From NCBI GenBank assembly GCA_012295275.1, contig CM022679.1, positions 16,058,001 through 16,122,000 on the forward strand: a stretch of 64,000 nucleotides of DNA. The letters run 5' to 3'. This document shows positions 13,657 to 29,600 of this stretch, piece after piece. Source of the DNA: Chrysomallon squamiferum (Eukaryota; Animalia; Mollusca). Within the stretch, counting starts at the first letter, position 1. Each line of letters starts with the position of its first letter. The notes below the pieces were generated by a model. The model saw nothing but the letters and a program-made list of their open reading frames with translations. It had not been told where the DNA came from and made no database searches. The translations under genes and the position numbers were made by a program.

Positions 13657-16600
13657 TTAGCTTTTGGTTCTTTGCTGCAAATACTGCAAAAATTCATAGT
13701 ACGACATGCTCGAATCAGTCCTGTCTTCAATCATATGTTCAAAAAACAGATATCGCATTTTGCTATCTTCCCTGGAAATAATTAAAAAACAAACAAGGGC
13801 ATTAAATTTATTTCTGAATATTAAGACCTTGAAAATAATTACACTTCGACACATTTTAAATAAAAATTAAAAAAGGCATTCAAATTCCAACAGTATAAAC
13901 AAAACAAAAATATTTTTTATCCAAATTATTTTATGAATTAAATAGAAATTTATAAAAATAATTTCAAGTAACAATTATTTAATACTAAACTTAAACTTAA
14001 AAAATAAAAATAGGAATTAAGCAGACAAGCTTTATTAGAGTGAGTATAAAACATTTCAATTTGTCATAAGTTTTGTAAGATAAAAACAACATTTTAATCT
14101 ACCTGAAGGCTGTGAGATAAAATGTGCCAGACAAGTTTAAAATGTGATCAACTCTGATTTCTTTACCTGATAATGTGAAATGTGGAACCACTAGGTGCAC
14201 TGTCTGTCAAATTGTTCACAAAGTTCCTCACATTTTCTGAAGTTGGGTTTTCAAGCTCTGGCAAATCAGTCTGAAACATTAAATATTAACAAGTTATATA
14301 ATATAAACTTACCATATAATGGAAAATCTCAAGCTTTTGCCAAATTCATGGAGAAAACATAAACATTATATTTGATGGTTATATTTAACAAATTTCTCTG
14401 TTATTTCATTGAAAACAAAGCCCTGCTATCTGTCCATGCCATGAGAGACTGCTGAGAAATTAAGAATATTTCAAGTCACATAACAGACAAAACGTTTCTA
14501 GTTGAACTCACCATGCCATCAGGTATGGACATAAAATTAGGTTTATCAAAGACCTGCTGACAGAAATGATCACTGACTGCGCCGCCCACCAACATCAACA
14601 TCTGTTCACTTGAGTCCATGAGGTACACCCCGTGACGGTCAATGTTTGCAGACGTCAGCTGCAACACTGGTGGTTTTGGAATGGTAACGCCATTCTTTGT
14701 TTCTGTTGGCTGAAACCAAATATCAATTATATAAAAGATATAAAATTAACCATGGCTTCGTATTTTTGGAATAACAATGACAACAACAATAATTTTAACG
14801 TAACAGTACTAAAAATTTGACAAAGATTTTTTAGTTTTTTTTAATCTTATTATTTCAGTAAACAATTGCAGAAAATCATCTGGAGTCTGAATGAAAATTG
14901 TTAAAGGCTGTTCATTTAAAATAAATAAGGCTGATAATTGTACCATAGAGCAATACTCACAAAAACATGAAAGAGAATATTTTTTATAAATGTTGATAAA
15001 ATAGAAATATTACATTTTACATTTTATTTCACTTTTCTTAATATATAGTCTTAACACATTAATAACAGATTCTGCAACAACTGTCTGAAAACTGCATCCT
15101 ACTATTTATAAATCTTACAAACCTCCTGTTCCAAGTTGTGTACTGGGTACAAGTTTGGATAAACAAGCTGCAGCAAGTAATTACATGGTAGTGACTTGAA
15201 CTGCTGCATCAGAAACACACGTTCATCCAGTTTGATAGACGGAGACAATCTAAATGCATTCTGAAAATAAAAATAAAAATTATTTACACTAATTTTTAAG
15301 ATTGTTATATTAATGACAGTTAAGATTCACCAGGCTTAAAAATAATTTTCAACTGGCTTTTTTGAGCTAATTGAAATAATATATACTTGCCTGACTATTG
15401 CACTTTCTAAATTTCAGTTTCAATTTCAATTATATCTATTATATTGGACTGTCTATTTTCATACTTTTAGCAACCTAATGCCTATCATATTTTAATCTTG
15501 AACACCTTGTGAGTTCTTAATATTTAATCCTGAATAATGCTAAATACATCTTTAGCAAGAAAATTGGTGAGACAAAGAAAAATAACACAAAACAATAAAT
15601 TTACAAACATTCAACAGATTTTCTAAAAAAAAAAAAAAGGAGAAACTTACACTTTTTATCAGAGCCAGAATAAAGAGAGGCATACATCGGAGAGTGAATG
15701 GGTAAAGAAGAGCTCCAACTCGCTGAGATGGTGCAACCTGGCCTGCATAGGCCTGCGTGGCATCAAGAGCTGCATTGATCATAGCATCTTTGGCATCCCC
15801 AACTGACGATGAAACTGATCTGTCAACAGCTGAAAAAGTAAAATACAAAATATGTGATAAATATAAACATTTAAAAATATCTGTTAATAAAGTGTCAGTA
15901 TCTGACTTTTTAATGAATTTTTTTTTGTTCTAAAAAGATTGTGCCAGAATTTAGTATTATAAGAAGAATAATGTGAAATGTATACACACCCATTTTGGCT
16001 AGTAGAGAAATAATAGCTTGTTGATCAGCTCCTCCAAACACATCAGAGATCTGACTAGTGACAGGCAAACACAAAGTATGTACACGTATCCGTCGTTCTC
16101 CTGCAAATGTAGTAAAAATTAAAACTGATATGCAGGTCAGAAGCATCTCAGAAATCCTATTTATTTCAAATATTTCAAATAGATAATAAACTAACATTTC
16201 TATAAAAGTCTGGTTTCACATGTGAACAAAAAGGGTTTTTTGAAAAAGGGAAAAAAAGAATATATTCCTTATGAAAAGAAATTGTCAGTCATGTAGATAG
16301 CCGTATGTCATTGAAAATGATAAACAATTTTACCTTTGCTAGATGTGTAGAGCAGAGCTGCCTGGAAACAGACCGTGGACACCTCAGTGAGGTTGTCCTC
16401 TATAGACATCTGCATTCCAAAACCTGCATCTGGGTTGATGTTAGGAAGTGAAAGCAAGTCAGTAGACCGTACAAAGAAATTGCCATGAAACGTGTGGATG
16501 CTGAGACCTATAAATAAAAATAACAAAAGATTTTTTTTTTTAAATGTATATATTAAACTTGGCAAAAATGATCTTTAACTACTCTATATAGTATTAGATT

Positions 16601-17576
16601 TTTACACCAAAAAATTTATTAAAGTAACTAAGAATAGTAATAAATTAGAGGCCTATTACTTTGCACTTTGATTTAAAAAAAATTCATGATGTTCATGTTT
16701 CTGCCTTATGATTAGGGATATAAAAATGCAAAAATAAAAAATTCTCAGAATTTTTTATAATTGCCCTTTTTTATCTTGTACTTCTGAGGAATGAAAAAAC
16801 CCCATCCAAAACACTAAATGGTTTCTTTACCTCTTGTACATCTAATTCTCATGACTGCTTCAAAACCAATTTTTCTTGTGAAGTATCGTCTCAGGTCCAT
16901 ATCAAACTTGTCAGCCAGGCTGGTGTTCTTCACAGTGTGGAACGAGGGGTAGTACTGAATACAGCCTCCCGAGTACTTTGATATACACGCTGAAACATGA
17001 AGAAAGAAAAATATATTTCTTAAAGGTTTTACTGATGTCAGTTATTTCAAATAAATATACATTTTTTTTAAAAACATCTACAGATTTTACTTTCAGACTA
17101 AAATACAAAAAAATACATAATAAACATAAAACTGTTATAAATAAAGTTACTGCTCTAATTGGACCGAAGTTTTTGAAAATGTTTACAAATTAGGTATCAC
17201 CAGAAATGTGCAAATAAACCAACCCAAAATATATATTTTATTATTGTATTATTAATTTAAAACACTTTGGTACACTGATCTTTCCACCAAGTTCAGCCTA
17301 CAGTTATAATTTACCAACTGTTTAGATGAAACATTGTTTTAAAACCACTGTATTTGGTCAGGTCCTATATTATATACCTAATGTGGCGAGATCAGCATAC
17401 TGGCCATTGAGCATGAACAAATCAACAGCTATCTGCTGTGCAGAAAAGTCAAGTGCTAACTTCTTGTAGAAATCTGTGGCTGGACCAAGATGAGGTATGT
17501 TCTGCAAAAAACATAAAAAATAATAATAATAATAAAAAATAATAATAATAATAATAATAATAATAATTAAAAAAAA

Positions 17577-17613
<37 letters not shown>

Positions 17614-20600
17614 CATAGTCATAATTATCATAACAATAAAATAAAATAAAATATTTTTTAACTAATTATATTTATATACAGAAATCAAATATTTTTAGTT
17701 TAATCATCTTCAAGCTTGTGCATTATTGAAAAAAAAAAAAAAAAAAGATACAGAAGTCATAAACTCATCATAAATATCTAAAATCACATTTGAAAGTATA
17801 ATCTCATATTTAACTCACTTTTCCTAGATCTTGTGTTGGCATCTCTCTTACTTGGAGAGCCCCTGGTCCAACTGTGGGTAAAACAGTCTGCATCACTGTC
17901 ACACGACCACCAGTAGCACTCTGTGGAAACAAAAACATAATAAATCATCTATGAAATACCTATCAAATAGCCTCATATCCACAACCAACTGTCTGTACAG
18001 TACACACTAGTATGTGTTTGTTGCTAATAACAACCAGCCAGTATATTCTGCCTACTTCCATGTGGCTGTTTTTGTTTTAACTTCTAATTTTACTTTTTTA
18101 GCAATAAATTAAGGCAGTGAAAAAAACAATTCCCTGACAGATTAATGAAATTAGTTTTGATTGATTTAGTTTTGCAGCTTCTCTAATTATTTAATGATTT
18201 TTATTTCTTTTTAAGTTTATATGAATCAGAAGTGATAATAATAGAGAAGTGTCATCTTCGTGCATTTTCATAAATTTATAATTTGATTGTTATACTTTTT
18301 ATCAGCAATCTATAATTCTGGTACTAAACAAAACAACAATTTAGAAGTATTCAAAATATATTAAACCAACAGAGATAATTCTAGGCTTTTATCATAGTTA
18401 ACACTGAAAACAATTTATTTACCATTAATTTAAAGGCAGCTTGCAAGGCAGCTCCCAAGGCACTTCCAGTTTCGCCATTCGATTCAAATAGAGTAGGCAG
18501 CTGAGAAAGTAGATCAATAACCAAGTCTTTAGACTCATGAAGATTCACTAACAAATTGTCTGGACATGGCAGGAAAACATCTGAAAAAGTATTTATCATT
18601 TTTAGTAATTTACTACAAAATTTAATGAAAGAAAAGAAAAAATTCATTACAATAAAAGAAAAGTAGACACTGACAAATACTTATCAAAAAAAAAAAAAAA
18701 AAATAAAATGAACTGACAGTATCAGCTAAAAGAATGAAAGGTCAATAAACAGGCAAAATTTTATTAAAACAGCTTCAAGGTTAGCTTTAACAAGCAAAGC
18801 AATATTCACAAAATACTGAAAATATAGTTCCTTATTTATATGTGACCAACCTCAAAATAACTAGCTAGTAATAACATCCTAACCTATTACAATTATATTT
18901 TAAAAATATTTTATTTTAATATTTGTTATTTAAGTAATTATTTAATTATATTAACCTTCTAGGTCTGGGACTATCATCATCTGTGGCTGGGCTAGACCCT
19001 CTTCCAGACTGAAGAAGTACAGGAATCGATCATAACCCACAAAACCAATCTGTGTTCGAGAATCTCCTGGCAGTTTATCCAGTTCATCCAACAACGTCTG
19101 ACAGAATAAACTTAAATAACCTGATTTTTAAAAAACAGAAAAACATTCATCAGTTCTCAGATAAAATATTCTCTACTAACAAGCAATTCCATGAAGCAAT
19201 ATTTCTTAAGAGTTTATTTTTAAAATATTGCTAATAGCCTTGGTTATTTTCTTAATATCAGAGGATGTAACACTGTAAGAATAAATATATTGTGTAATGA
19301 TACATATAAACCATTATTTGAATTTCATACAGGAAACAATTTAGACAGTTACCTTTTTAACATATAAGATTTACCTGTTTCAACGGCATTAAACGAGACA
19401 TCTAACAAAAATAAATACACAGCTGGCTGAGGAGGTCTCAACTGAAAAACAGAACAGAACACATTTACAAATATAAAATGTAATTATACAGTATAGTTAA
19501 ACTTATGTACATTTATTGATTAAATTCTAAATATTTAACAAATAAATAATAATAATAATAATCAGAGGTCCCTAAATATGATGCACCGTAAAAATAGCAT
19601 ATTCTCACAAAATATTAAATAAAAATATCTTAAATAATTTAAACAGTGATATATCACCATTATATTTTACATGGCTCTGTTTCAGAATAATATTTAAATA
19701 TAATAATGATAACACTTTTTTTGTTCTATTAATAAAAAAAAATGCACATAAACATAATATTTATGATAACAATAGGGAACTGATTGTAACAGTTCAATGG
19801 TATACCAAGAATGATGAATCCTGCAAACTACCTTTCATTATGCCATGATAAGCTCTACAACCTACAGACAATTTCATTAAAGCTCACAAGAGCAGGTTAG
19901 GAAAAACAAATCTCACCATATATTCAGAAGGTGCAATAAACTCGATTGTGGAGGACCTCACTTCAGGGCGTCGTTGTGGGTCGCCGTATGTTTTACTTAC
20001 AGGATCAAATGAAAACTCCTCTGGCACTAGAAATTAAATAAAATATTTTTAAAATATGCAATTCAAAAATCACTGAAAGAATCAGTTATATTTACAAAAA
20101 TCATTCTAAATATATTATATTAATATTGAAATAAAGTCATGTATAGTATTTTTATTTAAAATACTTACATTCATTAACCCTGTAACAAAGATTGCACTTC
20201 CACCTTCGCTGATCAAGGAAATGAACAAAAGGGTTGATGTAGGTTCTACATGAGCGACATCGCACTATCACACTTGACTGAATCACAGGCAATTGCTGAA
20301 AAATATAAAACAATACAAACCCTAAAAGTCTGCAAACAACAGAACGAAACCATACTAAATGAAGTTACAATTAAAACAACAGCTTTAACATTAATACACA
20401 TTGTAATCTAATCCTGAAACTGATTCCTAATTCATACAAACGGACAATCCAGAAGTGTAAGCTCAAAAATATCTCTCATAAAATGTCACTGATCACTTTT
20501 GGTATCAAAAACAAATATCATATCATTATGTCTACCATTTGAAACAGTAGAATAGCCCAAATAAAATATTAATAAAATTAAATTTCTGTCTAAAATATAC

Positions 20601-23600
20601 ATATGCATTAAGTATTATACAGGTTTGTGACTTACTAAATTTGTAACTTTATCATCTTACCTGCCAAAATATAACAACAACAGTATTTCCAAAGTGAAAA
20701 TACTATTAATAAATATGCATGTTTAGCTGTACTTTGTATTTAATTACAATGGTATTGAGAACTGAAACAAATGCTCAGATACAGCTTATCAGGAAAACAT
20801 TGAATTACTTAATACTATTTCTCTTATTCTTCGTTTTTAAATGTTACAATGAATTGTCTTAGGTATTATAAACAAAAAGCCTAACTACATAATCACTTTC
20901 AAGTAATTATTTTGTGTTAGTTATCAAACTATAATATGTTTTTATTTATTTATTATAATATATCTATATTTTTAATCTTTGACAATCTGAGGTATGACCA
21001 ATGTTCAAATTACAAAACATACTAAAACTGCTATTTTTGTTTGTTTTCTTTTTTCCTTCTTTTTTTTCTTCTTTTTTTCCTAATTTATCTTAGTTTCCTA
21101 TCAGAAAAGACTAGTACCAGTAAATCACTTGGTAGTGTGCTACATTTATTCAGGCTTTTTGCTACCATCCTGACAAGTACATTATATTAATTTTAAGTGG
21201 AGATCATTTATCTGTTATTTTCATGTTAATTCTAGACAGCGGCATACAATGCCTTACATAACAAAAAGAAAACTGGTAAACATAGAACACAATATTCTCA
21301 ACCATGCCAACAAAATTGGCATCCATCATTTTCACCAGATTAAACAAACACATACAAAATAATATCATTATGGTACATGATTTGCAACATGGACAGATTA
21401 AAATATTTTCTTTTTGAAAAAAGCTAATGAGAAGTTTAAACTTTAATGAATTGTAAAGTTTGTAATCCTGTTGGACTGTTTGCCAAACAGCTTTCTTTAT
21501 TCCATAAAATTCAAAACTTTATTATATATTTTTGTATTTTCAATAACAAAAAAAACCTAACAACATAACAAGTGTCATTTGTTCATCTTTAAAAGCAAAT
21601 GCTATTACATAATGTTTCTAGGTTAAGTCAGTGTAAATATATTTACACTGAAAATGAAACCAAACTAGCAGGTCATTAGTGACAAGGTATAACCTAATAT
21701 TTATACATCAGTCAAATAAAATTCCACTGATAATTTACACATCATAAGTTATTCTAGAGTTTCTTTCATCTTTCAACATAAAATATCAGTTAACATTTAT
21801 ACAATAACAGCTTAAAATATAATTAATTTCCTTCAGTATGAAGAAAAAGGAAAAAATAAATAAAAACCTGCAAAAGTGTTAGAAAATTTCTTATATACTG
21901 AAGAAAATATTAATAATAAGATAAAATATTTTATTTAAGGTGGATTCTGTAAATTAAATTTACTGATGACTTTCTGTTAACTGCTCACTGTAAATGCAGC
22001 ACTAAAATAATAAAATAAGTTATAATTCAAAGCTTTGTTTCAGTCCTCCACATAACATACATGTACTTAAATACTCAAGTTCATATTTTCAAATAAACAC
22101 AAGTAAAAATAATTTTAATGAAAATAATGAGGTGTTTTTGTTGTTTTTTTTCTTCTTGTTTTTTTTTTTTTTCAAGGGGTGTAAATATTATTATTATATG
22201 CATATATACATATATTTGTTTTATTTTTGTTGTATTTATTTACTTTCTATGAACATTCAAAAGATTTATTTCAGTTTTAAAGATAATGGAACAATAATAA
22301 TGTAACAAGGAAACAAAAACAATAATTGTATACAATACATACACAGTAAAGTGTATTTTATCAAATCTCATAATACCAGTTTACAATGTTTGTCCCACCA
22401 CAGATGTTAAATATGAAGGGTATATGATAAATAAAACTGGTGTAAAAACAAGCCTGACATGGTACACTTTACTATGTAAGTATAGATAAATAACAATTAA
22501 AACTACAAAAGACAAACAAAAATTCTTTTTTTAAATATAACTGTACTCCATTGGGTTTGATTCTGACAGTAACCTTTTAAATGGTTAACCGTGGAAAGCA
22601 AAAACTGCTATTCTTCATGAACTATCTAATTCAGTAATACTATTCATAAATAAATAAACTATAATATTCAACTGACAGACAGCTGATAATAGCTCAAGTT
22701 CATTATTCTTCATGCTAGTATCAATTTATTTGAATAACACACTAACAATGTGAGCAAGACAAAAAAAAGTACAGCAAACACATGCATTACAAGTGAAAGA
22801 CTTCAGGGAAAAAATAAATACTTGACAAAAGAAAAACATTTTATTGATGTGACAGCCAGACTGCTTACTACAAAAGCTATATATGTTATAATTGATTAAT
22901 AATAATGAGCATGCCAGGTGTAAAGTGCAAGACAAAATATCAGTTCTGATAGCAGTTTGAGCCACGTAAAAATAAAAAGGAATTCAAAACCAACAAACAT
23001 CTTGTAAATTTTAAAATAAGTCAGCTGAATATAACAAACTTTTATTTGTTATTTAACACTTAAGAAATAACAAAACTAAAAAGTTATTATGTATAAACTA
23101 AAACCAAAAGATATCAAAAAATAATAATTATAAAGTATAGAAAACAATTCTTTTTTTTCTTTCTTTCTTAAACACAAAAGATTGTTAATAAAATTAAATT
23201 TGTTTAGCATAAACTAGATTTGAAAACCTCCAGACAGTTTTCATCAGTTGTTGCTTCTGTTTCTTCTTCACTTCCTTCATCTGACTTTTTATCATAACAA
23301 ATATTTGGCCCCATGTCATCTTCCCAATATTCCTTCTGATCCATAGGTACATCGTTGTCAATGTCACCATCTAAATCTTGTGTCAAAGCTGACGGGGACA
23401 CATTATCATCCTCCTCACTCTATTTGGTTGTTATATTCAGAAAATACAAATCCTTTCTAACATCTATTACTTACACATTAAATTGTGGGGTTGTTTGCTA
23501 TTTTCTCTTCTTTTTTTTTTTTGTAAAAATATCTTAACAATTTAAATGGAAATAAAAAGCATGGAAATGAATTATTCAAATAAACTTCAAAATTATACTC

Positions 23601-26600
23601 ATATTCCATTACAGTTATTTCATGTACATTTGATTAAGTCTACATGCAACTGAGGAAATGCTAATTATTTTTAAATGTTTAAATAATCATGCCATTTCAG
23701 ATTTTATTATACTGTCATCAATAAATTAGCAGTTATCTCAGTAATAGCTAACTAAATTTTTTGCTGAATGGTTTTAGTTATCTTCAGTGAAAAAAAAAAT
23801 ATTTATTTTAAAATTTAAGAGCATTTCTTATGTATCAAATTAATTTTTAGAACTTAAAATTGTAAATCACTGATGTTTGTTTTTATTTCCACATTAATAT
23901 TTAGGAACATTTTAACCAAAAAATGCTTTGGAAATCAAATTAAAATAATACCAAAACACATGATTTACGACTTATTCATTTTTCTTTTATTCCATCTTAG
24001 TTTAAAATGTGTCAAACAAACACTATAATTTTTCAGTGTTAGAATATAATTAACAAATTATTCAATGTTGTTGCTGTTTTGGAATTATGTGTTATTTTTA
24101 TATGAAATTCCTGATTTTTCAAAACATTTACTAAGAATATTTTATCTACTTCCATTACCAAAACATTGATTTAGATGCATTATCAATCTTTCACCCAATA
24201 TATAAGACAATTTTTTATTGCAAGAGGGTACAAATTGTTTCAATAACCAGATACAGAATTTTAAGATGAAACCATATGCCCAAAGAATACACAATAAAAT
24301 TTAAATTTAAGAAGATATAAAAGATGAATGATAAATCAAATAAAAATATTTACTGTGAATGAACAGCCATGACCTTAACTTTTCTAACAAAGACAGGAGA
24401 TAATTCTGTTTGCCAGGTAATCTTTAACTTAATTTAAACAAACTGAAATGGTACTTACAAAATCATCAGGATAAGTCTGTAAAATAATGTTCAGTGTTTG
24501 CATTTCATAATTTACAGAGTTGATATATGTTTATTGGTTACTAACTGGAACACAATGGGTCAGGTTGAAGTGTATCAATGAAATAATGTTACTAATACAT
24601 AAAAGAAAAAAGGCAAGAAACAAAGCAAAGATATATGGAAGCATGCAACTAAGTTGTTATTGGAAAAATAAAAGAAACAATTAATTGTAGGATATGAAAT
24701 CAGTTAAGAATTTATAACCGATATATATAACTTGAATTATATGTACAGATTTGTAGGAGCCTAGCAAGATTTCTGGCCAGTCATGTGAATGATGTTTTCC
24801 ACATACAGACATCACCTTCTGGGTTAGTTTCACATTACAATTAATAGCCACCAACCTTTATATTTAGATAAGGCATCAAGCATCACTTACTTCATACAAT
24901 GAAACTTTTACTGATTTTATTCAATGTCTCACAGAAAGCAGAATTACAACTAAATCTTAAGTCTTACTGGTCTATTCTTTTTACATTATAATTCAAAAAC
25001 AAATAATAAATTTCATTTGAAATAAACTGCAATATGTGGACTATGAGTTTAAGAAATGACAGTTAAATTCACATTTAGCTCATGGTGTTACTCTTACAGG
25101 GTTATATTCTTAAAAATTTAACAGAATATATAAACTACATTCTTGCAATAGCATTTATTTGTGTAATTGCTTTATAGTTTATTAATACTATATTAATTCG
25201 TCTGTTGAATGCATTCATTTACTTTAAAAAATAGAAATATATATTTTGTTGTTAGTCAAATAAGCAATCATGTACCATAATATTCTACTAAATTATCACA
25301 TTCAAAATGTAACAGATGAATACTCACAGATAAATCTTTAAAAGGATGAATTAATATTCCAAGTGGCAATCTCGATTTGCTCAACAGAGATGCAGTCTGT
25401 GGAATGCATCTTAAAGTACACCTAAAAATTCTGTGGAGAAAATGTTTTTATTTTTTTATTATTATTGTCATACATGAAACTCAAATTACAAGGGTGAATT
25501 AGACTGTTTACAGAGGTGAAAAATTAACCAAAATTTGAAATGATTAATTTCTCAGAACTTGTAATAGAGAGATAAATATAAATAATATATTATGTTTCTT
25601 TTTTAACTGTTGCTATATGACATTTTGTAATCAGAATATGATAATTATAAACTGATATTTGTTTAAATACTTAAAATTTGATTTTGTATCATTTGTTGAC
25701 ATAAATAAATAAAGCTGTATCAATTAATATGCTTTTAAAAACACATACTCTGGATTGCAGTTAACATTTTTGAAGTCGTGCTGCAAGGTAGGTTTAACTG
25801 TTTCCAGACCATCAGGTGGTATCAATGTTTTCTCCTGCATTACATTCACTGTTCTCTCAGAATCCTGGAAAGCATAACATATCAAGTTTTCAAATAAGAA
25901 ACAACCTGGTTCTCCTGTTCTTTATCTTAAAATCATCTTTTAATAAAAAAAAAAAAAATTCTTACATAGTCAAATAAAAACAGATCTTTCAATCATCTAG
26001 CAAATGTGACTATATTATATTAAATTATCTCTTTGTTTTATTCAGTAAAAAAATGGATACAAAAAATTTGGCAATATACTAATATGAGATTAACTTATTT
26101 TAATAAAAGGAGAATTTATTTTCAGAAAGATTTTCACAAAAAATCTAACATGTTTTAATCAATTTTTCTAATACTAAAAACCAAAAAAAAAACCAAAAAA
26201 TAAAACAGTTCATAGAACATAAACAATAAGTGGATTATCTTGAAACTGAATGCATACAGTACTGATTAGAACTTTGTATCAGAAACAATACCACAAAATA
26301 AACAATAATGGGATTAATCAAAAACATAATGTGGTACCAAGGAAAAAGTATTGATTATAAAATTGAATTATTCAATCTTAAACATTTCTTGTATTTAATT
26401 TTATCAATTAAACAATGTAGAGACTAAAAAAATATCTCTGAACTAAATAATTTTTTGGATTTTGAGTTATATACAATTCTTGGCTATCTATTATTTAAAA
26501 TTCAGTGTATATTTTTTTTTTTTTTTTTTTTTATATAAAAATTTTAATTTAAACTTGTAACCAAAAATATATAAAGAAAAGTCAGCAGCAAAAATCATGA

Positions 26601-29600
26601 ACTGAAATTTTACAAAGGTCTGGGACTTAAGAAACGAAAAAAAAAAAAAAAAAAAATATCACACTGTTATACTTACAGTTTTATAAACAAATATTTAAAA
26701 ATTCAGACTTACATTGACGCCAAGTTTTCCAAATTCATATGCCATAGAATTTACACTGTTTTGCTGTGGCATCATTTTCTGCTGTCCAGGCTGAGGAAGA
26801 TTAAAGCCTCCTTGATTTACTGGTGGAAGCATTGGACCTGCTGATGGAGGCACATGACCTGCTGATGGAGGTACATGACCTGCTGATGGAGGCACATGAC
26901 CTGAGGTTGGAGGTACTGGTCCAGCCATTGTCCCCATAGGCCCTGACACAGACCCACTTTGTGGTTGGTTACTATATGGTTGTACAGGTTTCATCTGATT
27001 TGTCTGGTATGGTTGAGTTGCTGGTACTGCAAAATTCTGTGTTGGTGGAACTCCATATGTTGGTTGTGGATTCTGTCCATACATTCCTGGCTGGGGAACA
27101 GGTGGGCCACTCGTAGGTGGATAAGATCCCTTTAGACAGAAATTAAAATAAATTAATTTAAAATATTTTAAAACATCCTTTATAAGACACACAAAAAAGA
27201 TACGATTCAAGAATGATAATTAAGCAAATGAATCAGTGATAAAATTATCAAATAAAAAATGCAGTTCTAACTGTTTGAAAATAAATAACATTTCTTAAGT
27301 ATAATACTATACTTCTGCCGTATCTAAAAGAATGTAACAAAATATTATATCAAATTTCAACCATTACCATTTGTGGATACTGGCGCCTGCCAGTAATTCC
27401 CACATTCTTCTGACTTGTCTCCGTTTGTCCCGGTGTTGGTGGCTGCTTGGCAATCCCAGAAGATGGAGGCATGCCCGATCCACCTAAAGACAACAATTAT
27501 TCATTAAAATATTTGATATTTAAAAAAAAAATGTTTTTAAATAAACACAAATGACACATTAAAAATATGCAACATTAACTGAGCCAAAAAGAACTATTGA
27601 TTTATTCAAGACTATTATGTAAACACTGAAGTATAATTATAAATACTGGGCTGCTAATCACATGCACATCTGCCCCGTTAGAGAACATACAGTTTCTAGC
27701 AATTAAGGAAATAATAATTTCTCAATAAAACTAGTCCACCAGAAAAAACAATAAGACAAATTTCAAAAAGTAACATTTCACAGCAGTGCTGTTTGTATGT
27801 TGCTATTTTTGTTTTGTTTGTGTATGGTCTTTTTCAATATCCGATTAGTTAATCACATGGCTTAAAGAATTTTACAACTCTGATATTTCTAAAATCACTG
27901 TGAAAATTAAAGATAAAAAATTTCTACTTTTAGATTTTATTGTGTTACAATTGCATAATAAGAGTTACCTTGAGACGTTGGTGTGAACTGACCCTCCAGT
28001 GCGTCAATAGACTGCATGCTGACTGGAGACGGTGCTCTTGAAGATTTCTGGGAAGGTGGGTCTAAAAGAAATATTATTTAGAAAAATACTAACAATAGTG
28101 TGTTATACTTATAAATTCTTTCACAAACTGAAAATTTAAACTAATTTAATTTTATTATCAGCTGTATGACATAACAAAGTTTCATTAGCCAGAAAAATAA
28201 ATAAGTAAAAGACAAGCAAAACAAATGCATGGGAAGTCACACATGAAAAAGAACAAATTAAACAAACAGATCAGAATGACAACTTCAGAGATCTTGCTAC
28301 ATACTATAAAAGATGATGGCATGTTTATTTGGACTGGCTGTGATACCATTTTTGGGGTCAGCTGTTCACATGTCTTCTCCTTAAACAAAATAGATGTAAT
28401 CCAAAGCGGCAATTGTTGTATTCTTTGAAATCTGCTGGTACTCACATACCTGTTAATCAAGGCTACTATAGCAGACACTATATGGCTAAATTACTGCGCA
28501 TGAATTTCAGTGACTGCTACAAATGTTTTTAACATGCAATTGTATAAAGATACATAAATAACTTTTTAAAATATTATCTTTGTCATTCAAAAACAGATAT
28601 GTGCTTTATCCACACACTATAAAAATAATTATTATTAACAGTGCATCACCAACTCATAAATATTCATTATCACACTGCATGGCAATCTTCAACTTTCAGA
28701 GCAATAAAAACGATCTTACATTTCACACACACAATATATATACAAAAGGTTACAAAACAATATGTATATATATTATATGTATAAAATAAAAAATAAAAAA
28801 CTATATTATTTCGTAAAGAATATAATTCACAGAACAACCAGACAAAATTCGCCAACAATAGATCTTTGATTTTACTTAATTGCAAATAAAATAAACTTGT
28901 TAATAGTTAATGCATTTGATGCAATTATTAATAGGCATATTTTTGACAAACAAGTAATTTGAACATTGTTCAAAGTACTTGTACCCTGGAAATTTTCTGT
29001 ACAATTCCTTTGTTTAACTTGCACGAGATACACTGATTCCCACCGTCCCTTTCACAAATGCTGGGGAGACCACTGAACTTATCCAATCATTAGAGGTCCA
29101 TCACTAATAATATATTACACTTCATTATTTTTTCTTTTAATATTTTGTGCACTTCACTTTAACAAACTACTAGCTAAAAACTCTTTCACATGTGCTGCAA
29201 TTAACTGTCATGTGCATTCGCACTCTTTAAAGTATTCCATCATATTGCACCTTAAAAATAAACTTTTACACAACACACAAAAGTAATTTCTTTATGTATA
29301 TACTCTCCATATCAACCAATTCTAAATATTATACATTTTATAAATAGTACATTATTAAAATAGAAGAAATTCAAGAATAATCATCCCAAAAATAAAATGA
29401 TAATCACAATACGAAAATTATCAAATATGCCTGATTCAATTGAAAACAATTTGAAAATGACACAGTAAATAACCAATAAAAAATTATAATTAAAATATTT
29501 AAAGGTAGGGATTTGTTTATTCTCATATTTATTCTCATATTTATTCCAGAATTCATGCTGAAATAAAATGGAAATATTTACTTAAGAAGAGTTTAATTCA

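Noticed and set aside
21206-21518. Roughly 100-codon stop-free minus-strand frame containing CPCCKSC
   Set aside because: No convincing splice sites or homology; composition matches intronic background.
22726-22965. 79-aa minus-strand ORF in the large SEC24 intron
   Set aside because: AT-rich codons, no recognisable motif and no compatible splice boundaries.
28185-28516. 97-aa ORF and strong donor-like CAG|GTATGT at 28444-28449 in a SEC24 intron
   Set aside because: The upstream AG pairings tested give a stop or frameshift; a poison exon is possible but unsupported.
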